Source of the DNA: Mytilus edulis
Taxonomy: Eukaryota
Assembly (NCBI RefSeq): GCF_963676685.1
Contig: NC_092355.1
Location: 31,186,001-31,250,000, forward strand
Direction of reading: 5' to 3'
DNA: 64,000 nucleotides
In this document: positions 62,500 to 64,000 of the stretch, piece by piece
Numbering within the stretch: the stretch's first letter is position 1
Layout: each line of letters opens with the position of its first letter
Notes under the pieces: model-generated
Told to the model about the DNA's origin: nothing
Seen by the model: only the letters and a program-made list of their open reading frames with translations
Database searches by the model: none
Translations under genes and position numbers: made by a program

Positions 62500-63068
62500 A
62501 GTGCAGGCGATTCGGTGTCACGATATCACAGTAGCATGGGTTCGAATCCCGGCGAGGGAAGAACCAAAAATTTGCGAAAGCAAATTTACAGATCTAACAT
62601 TGTTGGGTTGATGTTTAGACGAGTTGTATATACATTATGTACACACCCATGTATCACCATCATTGATGGCGATCCGATGGATACATCTGTTGTATAGTTG
62701 TCACTGACTCAGACGTACTTATAAATATAATTATTTTCTGTGACTGTATATTACATTAATTTGTAGGATCCTTTACTATAGATAATTTAGCTGATCTGTA
62801 ACAATAACATCTTCATGCCTTATATATCATGTACTGTAGTACGCCGCTAGATTAAAACTGACGAGGAAAGGTAACACACGGCCAGCGAAAGCTCTATTTT
62901 TGTAGAGCCCAGGTGGTCGTGTGGTCTAGCGGGACGGCTGCAGTGCAGGCGATTCGGTGTCACGATATCACAGTAGCATGGGTTCGAATCCCGACGAGGG
63001 AAGAACCAAAAATTTGCGAAAGCAAATTTACAGATCTAACATTGTTGGGTTGATGTTTAGACGAGTTG
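62500..63068 (+). repeat. Second tandem array (1.3 units, 442-bp period) of the Pol III-type retroelement
   Basis: Same family as 33877-34676 and the same 3' end GACGAGTTG(TA)n, with a different 5' truncation. Confidence 0.85.
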
Positions 63069-63686
63069 TATATATATATATATAATATATATATACATGT
63101 ATTATAAAGAATAAGAGAATGAATTTGTTGAATGTCACAAGCCCTAAAGCATTGTCGTTTACTTCAATTTCTATTTCATATGTTGTTCCTTCTTTAACAT
63201 TTGAAATATGTGGGGCCTCTTTCTATTCTTTTGATTTCAATTCTTCTCTTTTAAATTCTTTGTTTTCTGGTTATCTCTTTGCCTCTCCAATTTCTTATTC
63301 ATACTTTCCCAAACATTCGGCGTAAATTTTCCTCGGGAACGTTCTGATGCCTCATTTACCTGAAAGTTTTATTTATTTATTTGTAATGAAAAGGTGTAAT
63401 ATATATTACAGTGCAAAATTAATCCAATCATGCATTAAAACATCAATTTAAAAATATTTTATACCTGACTAACAAAGGCACTCATTAAGCGTTTAACATC
63501 ATAATGTGATATATGGCCAGGTTTATTAAGTGATTGCAATAATTAGGTCATCTGGTGATGGGTATGCAATTTTATATTGATTCTGCATATGATGTACATC
63601 CTTTTTAGTGTTTTTTTTTTATATACAATGGCAAAGTTATCTAAATGTGAAAAATGTTCATGCCCATGTTCATTTTTATCTTTCAG

Positions 63687-64000
63687 ATTACATGTCTTGG
63701 CCAGGAAAAGATTTTCATGCAGAATATTTATATAGTCAGCTGGTACACATAGTTGGTAAGGAAACCGACGTACGTTGCAGACAACGGTTATTTCTAATTG
63801 AAGATATAATAAGAAATATTATTCGTCCTTCTTTTATACGTTTTGTAAGCGGACGTTTATCTAAAGGACTGGATTTACCTGGAAGTGATCTGGATATTAT
63901 GTACGTTTTACCATTTGCAGAAGCAATTAGTGATACACAGAATATAAAAGACATCACAACACTGTTAATGGAGATAGATTCCTTTCATCCTGGGTTTACA
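63687..64000 (+). CDS. cGLR copy 4, main exon (partial, open to the window edge): Mab-21/cGAS-like nucleotidyltransferase
   Basis: Acceptor TTTCAG at 63686, in phase with exon 1. DYMSWPGKDFHAEYLYSQLVHIVGKETDVRCRQRLFLIEDI...VSGRLSKGLDLPGSDLDIMYV...MEIDSFHPGFT with no stop. Confidence 0.85.

Noticed and set aside
9772-64000. Bacterial CBASS operon (small ORF plus CD-NTase)
   Set aside because: The small ORFs are spliceosomal exons joined by phase-matched GT-AG introns, and the surroundings are metazoan repeats.

Overview
AT-rich, repeat-dense eukaryotic genomic DNA; the repeat families and gene types suggest a bivalve mollusc, probably Mytilus-like (inference from recognition, not from a search). 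The main feature is a + strand tandem array of four paralogous cGAS-like receptor (cGLR, Mab-21 nucleotidyltransferase) genes. Each has a ~110-aa coding exon of unknown family, a phase-1 intron, and a large exon encoding the NTase/Mab-21 domain plus a TPR-like C-terminus. Copies 1-3 carry disabling lesions in the full-length frame. Copy 4 is open up to the window edge but has an altered GS motif. Two spliced genes are only visible as fragments in the ORF track: a complete 4-exon gene for a 157-aa secreted preproprotein (signal peptide, acidic pro-region, RRRR site, Cys-free 110-aa mature part), and a partial minus-strand gene at the left edge. Two intronic arrays of a ~440-bp unit look like reverse-transcribed copies of a spacer-less, possibly circular, Pol III RNA inserted into (TA)n tracts. 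The rest comprises hammerhead (retrozyme-type) relics, Penelope-like and CR1-like RT fragments, Helitrons, a SINE and many nested non-autonomous DNA transposons. All coordinates were counted by hand.
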